From an uncultured Verrucomicrobiae bacterium (GTDB lineage Bacteria; Verrucomicrobiota; Verrucomicrobiia; Limisphaerales; Palsa-1400), in the NCBI GenBank assembly GCA_963702845.1, contig OY969763.1, forward strand, positions 2,368,001-2,432,000: a DNA stretch of 64,000 nucleotides, in the 5' to 3' direction. This document shows positions 41,797-50,918 of this stretch, piece after piece. The notes under the pieces are model-generated. The model did not search any database and was not told where the DNA came from. It worked only from the letters and a program-made list of their open reading frames with translations. Made by a program: the position numbers and the translations under genes. Positions within the stretch are counted from its first letter, which is position 1. Every line of letters starts with the position of its first letter.

Positions 41797-42240
41797 ATGA
41801 GCAAGCCCAATCTCATCGCGATAGAACACGACGACTATCATGCCAAACACATTGGCACCCTGCCAGACGGTCGCCAGTTCTTCCTCACTAATCCGTTTGT
41901 CCCAGCGATGGGCGGCGATGCGGGCCGGGAGTTCGTCGCGTTGTATCTCTTCGACAAGCATGGACGCTTGATTGAAGCTCGGATTGATGACCTGGTTACG
42001 CGCGCAGAGTTGAACGAGCAGCGTGCTCGCAGCACGTTCGACCAGCGGCTCGCGGAGATTGGGCCGATTGAGTATGGCCGCATTGAAGTGCAGCCGTTCG
42101 ATGTTGTGAGGTTCGGCACGACGTTCGGTCTCGTGCCACGCTCTCCCGAGGAGGACCATGACGCGTGGGCGGTCGAAGCGCAGCCGGGAAATTACATGGC
42201 TTTCTTCGAGCCTTGGGACAGTGGAGACTATGATACCTGA
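41797..42240 (+). CDS. Conserved hypothetical protein
   Basis: Globular-looking acidic ORF (HDDYHA...GRQFFLT...EFVALYLFD...PGNYMAF..PWDSGDYDT). Confidence 0.75.
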   Translation: MSKPNLIAIEHDDYHAKHIGTLPDGRQFFLTNPFVPAMGGDAGREFVALYLFDKHGRLIEARIDDLVTRAELNEQRARSTFDQRLAEIGPIEYGRIEVQPFDVVRFGTTFGLVPRSPEEDHDAWAVEAQPGNYMAFFEPWDSGDYDT

Positions 42241-42263
42241 CGCCGCTGAGCTGAACGTGAGGC
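42235..42263 (+). mobile_element. Possible degenerate attC remnant
   Basis: acctgac-gccgctgagctgaac-gtgaggc resembles an attC right arm ending in GTTRRRY. Confidence 0.35.
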
Positions 42264-42275
42264 TTCAATCGAGTT

Positions 42276-42707
42276 ATGAACCAACTACCCCCAATACCAA
42301 GAGACCAACGCAAAATTGACGCGGAACATTTGAAGCTGCTTTCGATATTCCACTTCGTTGGGGCGGGCCTGGCTCTCGTTGGTTTATTGTTCCTTGTTGC
42401 GCATTTTGCGCTGTTTCACGCTTTCTTTGCTAACCCGAAAATGTGGGAGAACCACAAACAGGGTCCGCCGCCAGCAGAGTTGTTTGCGGTATTCAAATGG
42501 TTCTACCTGATCGTTGCGATTTGGTTTGTTGGTTCCGGTATTCTGAACCTGCTTTCAGCTTTGTTCATTCGCGCAAGAAAGCACCGAACATTTTCGCTGA
42601 TTGTTTCGGGAATCAATTGCTTACACGTACCGCTTGGGACGGTGCTTGGCGTATTCACGATAATCGTCCTCATCCGTGAATCGGTTCGAGAATTATATGA
42701 AGTTTGA
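42276..42707 (+). CDS. Hypothetical membrane protein
   Basis: EHLKLLSIFHFV...CLHVPLGTVLGVFTIIVL.R.SV; 3-4 TM segments. Confidence 0.8.
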   Translation: MNQLPPIPRDQRKIDAEHLKLLSIFHFVGAGLALVGLLFLVAHFALFHAFFANPKMWENHKQGPPPAELFAVFKWFYLIVAIWFVGSGILNLLSALFIRARKHRTFSLIVSGINCLHVPLGTVLGVFTIIVLIRESVRELYEV

Positions 42708-42815
42708 CAAAGTTGCGCCTAACGAGAGCGATGCCGAGTTAATTACCAGTGGCCGGCGAACAAGGACATTTTAACTCGTTCGTCGCCGCTTCTCGAAAGT
42801 GAAACTTCGTATATT

Positions 42816-42888
42816 GGGTTTTGCCCAGGGAAGCACCCCACTGCCCTCTGCATCCCCGGGCTGAGCGACTAAACCCCTTTGGGGGTTT
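42816..42888. repeat. REP-like imperfect palindromic element
   Basis: cccaggg...ccccgggctg followed by taaaccccttt-gggggttta. Confidence 0.4.
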
Positions 42889-42899
42889 ATTACACAATC

Positions 42900-42927
42900 T
42901 TGACACGCCGCCGCTTCACATTACAAT
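42900..42927 (+). promoter_or_regulatory. Sigma70-type promoter TTGACA-N16-TACAAT
   Basis: Near-consensus boxes upstream of the sulfatase leader. Confidence 0.6.
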
Positions 42928-42955
42928 GTCTTCGGCCGCCGACCGTTACCGGCTT

Positions 42956-42974
42956 CGGGTTGCAGTGCAACCCG
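42956..42974. promoter_or_regulatory. Perfect 9-1-9 palindrome, operator-like
   Basis: cgggttgca-g-tgcaacccg. Confidence 0.5.
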
Positions 42975-43024
42975 GAGATGAACTTTGACAAAAGTTGCAG
43001 GATTTCCCGCTACAAAAGCGCTCC

Positions 43025-43080
43025 ACTTGGCAACTAATTGCCGGAAGTAGGCGGAAGTTGCCAGAAGTTGCAACATTCCG
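43025..43080 (+). repeat. 10-bp periodic tandem array (CGGAAGTTGC unit)
   Basis: caactaattg ccggaagtag gcggaagttg ccagaagttg caacattccg. Confidence 0.75.
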
Positions 43081-43178
43081 ATGATATTTTTCGCAGGAAA
43101 AGTTGCGATGCCAACCGGGTTTGACAAAATGGTTGTAACTTCCAGTCCCACATGCACTGTCTGACATCTGAAACCTTT

Positions 43179-44570
43179 ATGCGATTATTCAAAAAAGCCG
43201 TTGTGCTGACGATTGCGTGTCTCAGCGTTTGTTCCCTCACGCAAGCAGGCCAGCAAGGAAAACCTAATATCCTTTTCATCGTCGCCGATGATATGGGTTA
43301 CTCCGACGTCGGATTCCAGGGATGCAAAGACATTCCGACTCCCAACCTCGATGCGTTGGCCAAGTCGGGCGTGCGTTTTACGAGCGGCTATGTCTCGGCT
43401 CCCTATTGTTCACCGACCCGCGCTGGATTGTTGACGGGGCGATATCAAGAGAAGTTCGGGCATGAATTCAATCCGTCGTCGCCCGGCACTGGATTACCGG
43501 TCGGCGAAACAACGATTGCGAATCGTTTGAAGACCGTCGGCTACCGCACCGGCTTGGTCGGCAAATGGCATCAGGGCAGCGAACCGAAGTTCCATCCGCA
43601 ACAGCGTGGGTTCGATGAGTTCTTCGGATTCCTCGGCGGATCGCACAGCTATTTCAAATACAACGGCATGTTGCGCGGCACCGAACCGGTCAGCGGCACC
43701 GAATATTTCAGCGATGCTTTCGGGCGCGAAGCCTGCGACTATATCGCACATCATAAAGACGAACCCTGGTTCCTCTATCTCGCTTTCAACGCCGTGCACA
43801 CGCCGATGGACGCGACTGACGACCGCCTCAAGAAATTTGCCAACATCGAAGACAAGAAACGTCGCACTTATGCGGCGATGATGTTGGGACTGGACGACAA
43901 CGTCGGTCGCGTGCTCAACAAATTGGCCGAGACGGGCCAGACGGAAAACACTTACGTCATTTTCATCGCCGACAACGGCGGCCCGGTCATGCCCGGCACC
44001 ACGATGAACGCTTCGCACAATGATCCGCTCCGTGGAGGCAAACGCACAACGCTCGAAGGCGGCATACGCGTGCCGTTCATTGTGTCGTGGAAAGGACACG
44101 TGAAGCCGGGCGTTTACGACAACATGGCCATGCAACTTGATTTGACTGCCACGGCATTAAACATCGCCGGAGCGGACACGAAAAATATTGATGGTGTCAA
44201 CCTGCTGCCGTTCATAACCGGCGAGAATAAAGGCAAACCGCACGATGAGTTGTATTGGCGTTTCGGCGATCAGATGGCGATTCGCGTTGGCGATTACAAA
44301 CTCGTGCGGTATGACAAGAACGCAGACGTGCGCGTCGGCAAGCGCCTGGCGGCGATCGGGCCCTTCCTCTACAACCTGAAAGAGGACATCAGCGAAACCA
44401 AGGACTTATCGGCGCAAATGCCGGACAAGATGCACGAGCTTCAGACGAAGTGGGACGCGTGGAACAAGACGTTGATGAAGCCGCTCTGGGGTTTCGGCCA
44501 AGGCGACAGCGACGGCGACCCAAAACAGCCGAAAGCTAAGAAGAAGAAAAAAGACGTTCCGAGCGTTTAA
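43179..44570 (+). CDS. Secreted type I (formylglycine) sulfatase
   Basis: KPNILFIVADD, CSPTRAGLLTGR, GKWH, DNG, EGGIRVP. Confidence 0.95.
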   Translation: MRLFKKAVVLTIACLSVCSLTQAGQQGKPNILFIVADDMGYSDVGFQGCKDIPTPNLDALAKSGVRFTSGYVSAPYCSPTRAGLLTGRYQEKFGHEFNPSSPGTGLPVGETTIANRLKTVGYRTGLVGKWHQGSEPKFHPQQRGFDEFFGFLGGSHSYFKYNGMLRGTEPVSGTEYFSDAFGREACDYIAHHKDEPWFLYLAFNAVHTPMDATDDRLKKFANIEDKKRRTYAAMMLGLDDNVGRVLNKLAETGQTENTYVIFIADNGGPVMPGTTMNASHNDPLRGGKRTTLEGGIRVPFIVSWKGHVKPGVYDNMAMQLDLTATALNIAGADTKNIDGVNLLPFITGENKGKPHDELYWRFGDQMAIRVGDYKLVRYDKNADVRVGKRLAAIGPFLYNLKEDISETKDLSAQMPDKMHELQTKWDAWNKTLMKPLWGFGQGDSDGDPKQPKAKKKKKDVPSV

Positions 44571-44668
44571 AGTCAGAGCCGGCGAGGCTGACGACTTGAC
44601 AGCCGGTTCGAAGTAGGCGAAAGGTTCTTTTGTCCTTCCCGCAACACGAACCTTAACCAAAACCAAGT

Positions 44669-47600
44669 ATGCATTTCGAGTGTCGTGGCCTCGTCCTTTG
44701 CGCGCTGCTGGCCCTGTTCGCTCCGGCGCCCGTGCTCGCGCAACATTCCACGACCGATTGGAGCATCGCATCACTCGACAAGATTCTCGCGGGTGTCGCG
44801 CCCGGACAGAAGACCGCGCTCGTCGGCGACATGGAAATTCTGGTCACCAATCTGCGCGCATGGCGCGATGAACTGGCCGGCGCGCGAACACCGCGCAGCG
44901 CATTCGATGGCGTCGCGCCGATCTGGACTGCCGGCAACGTCTACTACCAATTCAGCAACAACGTTTCGGTCGCGAACCAGAAACGGTATGTCGACGGAAT
45001 TGCGGAATGGACGATGTTCGCCAACCTGCATTTTATTCCGCGCACAATGCAGACCAATTACATCACCGTTTTGGAAGACCCGACGCTGAGTGGAGGTCAA
45101 TCCTCCGTTGGCATGATCGGAGGTCAACAGTTTCTAAAGATCGGACCGGACGCGTGGAATCGCCCGACGATTTGCCACGAAACCGGCCACGCGCTTGGCC
45201 TCATCCACGAACATCAACGTTCCGACCGTGACTCGTTCGTTGCTGTTCTGACCAACAATCTGGCCAATGGGTCTAACGACGGAAATTTCATCAAGCTATC
45301 CAATTCGAAAAACCAGGGTGCCTACGATTTTCTGTCAGTCATGCATTACAACCGGAATTCGTTTTCCAAAGACCAATCGTTGGACACGCTCGAACCACTG
45401 GCGCCCTACGTCCAATACATCGACATCATGGGACAAAAGTTTGATCCGGTGTTGAGCGTCAGTGATCGCGCCGGAATGGCAGCAATCTACGGAGCCGGCC
45501 CGACACTCAGCGCCGTTGTCACCAACACACAAGACAGCGGTGTGGGCAGTTTGCGGGCTGCGATGTATTACGCGATCGATCATCCCGGCACGACCGTCAC
45601 GTTCAACATTCCGACTTCGGATCCTCGCTACACGAACGGCGTTTATACGATCCAGCCGACCGATGGTTTCCCAAGCCTGCTCAACAACACGACGATCAAT
45701 GGCGCGTCGCAAAGCGGAAATCCGAGTGGTCCGTCGATCCAACTCAGCGGCGCACTCGCCCAGCCACCGGGAGTATTTCCAAACGGCCTCCATCTCGCCG
45801 GCACCAATTCGACGATCAATCACTTAGTCGTAAACGGATTCGCCGGGACTGGTATTCTGATTGATGGCACCACGGCTGTCGCAAACACGGTCACGGGCTG
45901 TTATCTTGGGATCGACCCCACCGGCTCGTTTCCAATCACAAACGGGTTATGCCCGCTGACAATCCAAAACGGTGCTCGTAGCAACATCATCGGTGGCCTC
46001 ACTGTAGCTGCACGCAATATTATTTCCGGCAGCCCATTTCAGGGCATGACCATTCGCGATCCCGGCACTGACTATAATGTGGTTGAAGGAAATTACATCG
46101 GCCTGAATAGCGTCGGCATCGGATCGTTGCCGAATACTTGGTCTGGGTTACAAATCTTCGGCGGCGCGCGTTCGAACATCATCGGCGGCGCGAATTTCAA
46201 CGCCCACAATGTGATCTCCGGTAACACCCTTCAAGGGCTCGTCATCTCCGACACAAACTCAGACGGCAACATCGTTATGGGAAACTATATTGGCCTCACA
46301 CCTGCCGGGACGTCTTCGATTCCAAATGGTTGGGCTGGCATCGATATCTTCGGCGGAGTTCGCGCAACTTTGATCCAGGGCAATTTCGTATCCGGCAATT
46401 CACTCCAGGGCATCGCTATCTCCGGCCTTGGGACGAGCGGGAATTTAGTCCAGGGAAATTACGTGGGCCTCGACGCCCTCGGCCAAAACGCGGTCCCGAA
46501 CGGCTGGTCCGGTGTGAACTTCTTCAACGGCGCGAAATCAAATCTTGTCGGCGGTTTGAGCCCCGCACTTCGTAACGTTATTTCCGGAAATTTAAATCAA
46601 GGCGTCGTCATGAACGATCCCGGCACGAGCGGGAACGTCGTTCAAGGGAATTACATCGGCGTGCAATCCTAACGGCACAGCGGCAATCTCCAACGGATGG
46701 GCCGGCGTCGAACTCTTCAACGGACCTGGCGGCAACTTGATCGGCGGCACCACGGCTGCGGCGCGAAACATCATTTCTGGCAACGGCATTCAAGGAGTCA
46801 GCTTCAACGGGGTGTCAAATAATGTCGTGCAGGGGAATTTCATTGGGGTGGACGTAAACGGGTCGACGCGGATTCCGAATCTTGCGCCGGGTGTCCTCTT
46901 ATATAATGGCGCGCAATCTAATGCCATTGGAGGTCTCCTCTCCGGCGCGGGAAATGTCGTTTCTGGAAACGCTAATCAAGGCGTTGCCATTTTTGATCCA
47001 GGCACGAGAAACAATCTCGTCGCCGGGAATTTGATTGGCGTCACTGCCAATGGCACGACAGCCCTTTCTAATAACTGGTCCGGGGTTGAACTTGGTAACG
47101 GCGCGCAATCGAATCTCATCGGCGGCGGGCCTGGCGCGCGCAATACGATTTCCGGCAACGGTAATTACGGCGTGCTCATTGGCAGTTCCGGGACGAGTTT
47201 CAATGTCGTGCAGGGAAACAGCATTGGCTGTGAATGCCACAAGCATGTCGGCGGTGCCGAATTCCTTCGCTGGCGTGATTCTTTTTGGCGGTTCTCAATC
47301 AAACCTCATTGGCGGCACAATTGCGGGCAATGCAAACATCATTGCGAACAACTTGTCGGATGGCGTGCAGCTTTTTGACGCGACGACAGTCGGCAACACC
47401 GTTCGTGGCAACTCAATCTTCAGCAATAGCGGCGCAGGTTTGAACCTTTACAACAACGCAAACAACAATTCCAGCACGCCGACGTTGACTTCGGCGATCA
47501 TCGGAACGAATACGACTATTCGCGGAACTTTATTCAGCTCACCCAACACAACCTATCATTTGGATTTTTATTCGAGTCCTGCGACATCGCCACAAGCAAT

Positions 47601-48157
47601 GGTCTATCTCGGCTCGCGTGACGCAACAACCGCCAACAACTCATCTGTCACATTCACAAATTCATTCTCCGCACTGATTCCCGCTCGGACGCGTCATCAC
47701 CGCCACTGCGACTGATCTTCAAGGCAACACCTCAAGTCTTTCTGCCGCGGTGACAGTCCAAGGCACCAGCACGGTGAACGACGGCATTCCCGACGCCTGG
47801 CGCACCCGTTATTTTGGCGGCAGCGGCACCACCACCAACAGTCAATCCTGTGCAACGTGCGATCCTGATCATGACGGGATGAACAATTTCCAGGAATTCG
47901 CCGCCGGCACGAACCCGACCAACGCGTCCAGCGCGCTCGTTCTCACCGAATTCAACACCAACCAACTCGGCGGCATCACCGCATTCAATTCGTCATCGGG
48001 CGTCGTGTACAGTTTGGAATATCGCAATAATTTTAATGTGCCCGGTTGGTCGGTGTTATCGGACCAACTCATCGGCACCGGCACAAATATCGTCGTCGTC
48101 GACCCCGCTTCCGCCACAGTCCGAAACCGATTCTACCGCGCACGAGTACTTTGGTGA
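44669..48157 (+). pseudogene. Secreted M12A (astacin) metallopeptidase + beta-helix repeats + Ca-binding-like motif + RFYRA domain; split by three +1 frameshifts (about 1161 aa repaired)
   Basis: HETGHALGLIHEHQRSDRD and SVMHY Met-turn; RNxISGN / VQGNYIG repeats continue across frames at about 46663, 47229 and 47686; may be intact in vivo. Confidence 0.85.
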
Positions 48158-48221
48158 TATTTAAAGTCAGCGCGAAGCCCGAGCCGTTTAAGCGGAATAC
48201 CCACGGCTAAATTCACGCGCA

Positions 48222-48249
48222 TTGACATATGCCCTTACAGGTATATGCT
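48222..48249 (+). promoter_or_regulatory. ars promoter TTGACA-N16-TATGCT overlapped by a CATAT-N12-ATATG inverted repeat (probable ArsR operator)
   Basis: ttgacatatgcccttacaggtatatgct directly upstream of arsR. Confidence 0.7.
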
Positions 48250-48258
48250 CGGGATGGA

Positions 48259-48645
48259 ATGAAGCTGCTGAAAATTTACAAGTGCCTCTGCGATGAAACG
48301 CGGCTGCGCATTTTGCACCTGCTCTCTCAAGGCCCCCTCTGCGTGTGCCATTTCCAAAACATTCTCCGGACGCCGCAGGTCGCCGTTTCCAAGCACCTGG
48401 CCTATTTGCGCAAACATGGTCTGGTAACAGCTCAGCGCCATGAGCAGTGGATGGTTTACCAATTGGCGGCCAAGCGCTCGAGTGAACTGCACCTGCAGTT
48501 GCGATGTTTGCAAGATTGCGTCCAGTCGCATCCGATATTTCGAGAGGACCTCAAACGGCTCAAAAAAATCCGGTGCGAGTGTGATTGGGTGAAAAAGATC
48601 GCCCCGACCAAAAAAACGAAAGTATCAAATTTAAAAACGGCATGA
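48259..48645 (+). CDS. arsR: ArsR/SmtB transcriptional repressor
   Basis: DETRLRIL, LCVC metal motif, VSKHLAYLR; heads the ars operon. Confidence 0.92.
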   Translation: MKLLKIYKCLCDETRLRILHLLSQGPLCVCHFQNILRTPQVAVSKHLAYLRKHGLVTAQRHEQWMVYQLAAKRSSELHLQLRCLQDCVQSHPIFREDLKRLKKIRCECDWVKKIAPTKKTKVSNLKTA

Positions 48646-49109
48646 AGTTATCTGAATTGAAAAAGGTGTTGGCGGAACACTCGACCAAAAACGTCCGGTT
48701 TGTATTGCCGATCGGCAGCAAGGTTCCCCCGCACGCCCATGTGACGGAGGTGGCCCGGATTGATAAGCGATTTGTGGACTGCGGCGGAACGTTTCGGACG
48801 GAATCGGTTTGCCGGCTGCAGACTTGGTTTCAAAATGATACGGACCATCGACTGAGCGCAGGCAAGTTGCTCGGGATCTTGGAAAAAGCCGGTTCGTTCC
48901 TCGGCGAAGATGATTTGGAAGTGGACGTGGAGTATGAAGCGCCGTTCATTTCGCAGTTCCCGATCAGTGCGGTCGAAGCTGACGAAGAAGCGCTGGTGGT
49001 GAACCTCGGGATTAAACGCACGGCCTGCCTTGCGGAAGACAGGTGCTTGCCCCCAAAGATCCGAACGTTCCAGCTAATCCCAAGTTTCAAATCCACAAAG
49101 TGCTGCTGA
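48642..49109 (+). CDS. DUF6428-like Cys-rich protein
   Basis: ATGA overlap; [21 protein letters not shown]-terminal CC. Confidence 0.75.
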   Translation: MKLSELKKVLAEHSTKNVRFVLPIGSKVPPHAHVTEVARIDKRFVDCGGTFRTESVCRLQTWFQNDTDHRLSAGKLLGILEKAGSFLGEDDLEVDVEYEAPFISQFPISAVEADEEALVVNLGIKRTACLAEDRCLPPKIRTFQLIPSFKSTKCC

Positions 49110-49116
49110 CATATTT

Positions 49117-49563
49117 ATGACCAAGAAACCGACGGTGTTAGTTCTGTGTACCGGCAATTCGTGTCGGAGCCATCTTGCGGAAGGAATTCTGCGGGCTGCG
49201 GCTGGCGATATTCTCGACGTGCAGAGCGCCGGTTCAAATCCGGCGGGCTATGTTCATCCGCTTGCGATCAAAGTCATGACCGAAATCGGCATCGATATCT
49301 CGAAGCATCGTTCAAAGCACTTAAATGAATTTCTGAATCAGCCGATCGAAACGGTGATTACGGTTTGTGGAAACGCGGACCAGGCGTGCCCGATTTTTCC
49401 CGGGCAGGTAAACCGCCATCACTGGGGGTTCTACGATCCGGCAAAGGCCGAAGGGACGGACGAGCAGAAGTTGGTGGCATTTCGACAGGTGCGGGATGAA
49501 ATTCGCCGCGTTTTTGAGGCGTATGCGGCAGGGAGAAAAGATCAAAAGAATGGTTCGTGTTAA
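49117..49563 (+). CDS. arsC: Arsenate reductase, thioredoxin-coupled LMW-PTP type
   Basis: [22 protein letters not shown]. Confidence 0.93.
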   Translation: MTKKPTVLVLCTGNSCRSHLAEGILRAAAGDILDVQSAGSNPAGYVHPLAIKVMTEIGIDISKHRSKHLNEFLNQPIETVITVCGNADQACPIFPGQVNRHHWGFYDPAKAEGTDEQKLVAFRQVRDEIRRVFEAYAAGRKDQKNGSC

Positions 49564-49574
49564 GAACGAGATTT

Positions 49575-50669
49575 ATGGCGACCGAAATTGAATTTGCGAA
49601 CAAGCAATCCGAACGCCCTCAGTCGAAACGTCTGGGCTTTTTTGAACGTTACCTGACCGTGTGGGTATTGTTGTGCATGGTGGTCGGGGTTGCATTTGGC
49701 AAGTTGATGCCGGATGTGACGGCAGCGTTGAGTAAGATGGAGTTCGGACAAGGGTCGCGGGTAAATGTGCCGATTGGAATTCTGCTGTGGCTGATGATCT
49801 ATCCAATGATGTTGAAGGTGGATTTCGGCGCTATTGGCGGCATTGCACGACGGCCCAAAGGGTTGGCGGTGACGTTGTTTGTGAACTGGCTGGTCAAGCC
49901 GTTCAGCATGGCGCTGCTGGCGTGGGTTTTTATGAAGCACGTATTCGCGCCGTGGATCGATCCGGAAACGGCGAAGAACTACACGGCGGGATTGATCATT
50001 CTGGCGGCGGCTCCGTGCACAGCGATGGTGTTCGTGTGGTCGTATCTGACGGATGGCGATCCGGCTTACACTCTCGTCCAGGTGGCGGTGAATGATTTGA
50101 TCATGTTGGTGGCGTTTGCGCCGATCGTGATGATCTTGTGCGGCGTGGCGCATGTGGTCGTGCCGGCGAAAGTGCTGATAACTTCGGTCGTCGTTTTCAT
50201 CGTCGTGCCGCTGAGCGCCGGATGGCTGACGCGTTGGCTGTTGTTGAAGTCGCACGGTAAGGGTTGGTTTGAGGGAACATTCCTGCCGAAGTTTCATCCG
50301 GTGATGATCGGAGCGTTGCTGCTGACGTTGGTTTTAATATTCGCGTTTCAAGCGGAGAATTTGACGAAGCGTTGGTTTGCGGTCGTGCTGTTGGCTGTGC
50401 CGATTATCATTCAGGTGTATTTCAACTCCGGCCTAGCCTACCTGCTGATGAAGGCATTGAAGGTCGAACATAGCGTGGCCGCGCCAGGCGCTTTGATTGG
50501 AGCGAGCAATTTTTTTGAGTTGGCGGTAGCGGTCGCGATCACTTTGTTCGGATCCAATTCTGGCGCGGCGCTGGCAACGGTGGTCGGCGTTTTGGTTGAG
50601 GTTCCAGTGATGTTGTCGGTTTGTGGTGTGTGCAATCGAACGCGCGGCTGGTTCGTGAAGGAGGCTTGA
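49575..50669 (+). CDS. acr3: ACR3 family arsenite efflux transporter
   Basis: FFERYLTVW, MIYPMM, NWLVKPFSM, APCTAMVFVW, SNFFELAVA, VEVPVML. Confidence 0.95.
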   Translation: MATEIEFANKQSERPQSKRLGFFERYLTVWVLLCMVVGVAFGKLMPDVTAALSKMEFGQGSRVNVPIGILLWLMIYPMMLKVDFGAIGGIARRPKGLAVTLFVNWLVKPFSMALLAWVFMKHVFAPWIDPETAKNYTAGLIILAAAPCTAMVFVWSYLTDGDPAYTLVQVAVNDLIMLVAFAPIVMILCGVAHVVVPAKVLITSVVVFIVVPLSAGWLTRWLLLKSHGKGWFEGTFLPKFHPVMIGALLLTLVLIFAFQAENLTKRWFAVVLLAVPIIIQVYFNSGLAYLLMKALKVEHSVAAPGALIGASNFFELAVAVAITLFGSNSGAALATVVGVLVEVPVMLSVCGVCNRTRGWFVKEA

Positions 50670-50918
50670 ACGCTGAACCGGAAAAGGTTTCCTAGATGTC
50701 GGTCTAATTGTAGTGAATTCCCCCACAGCGGTTGCCGTCAAAAAAGCGCTCTTCCGTTTTTGCGATCGAGAGCGTGTCAAACAAACTTAAGCGCACATTA
50801 ATTTATCTTAATTGCATGGACGTATTGAGTCCCAATGTGTTATATTGACGGATAACTACTACGTAAGGCCGCCTTTTTTATGATTAGCTGCCGAACGTTG
50901 TGCCCGTTTTACAGCCGA

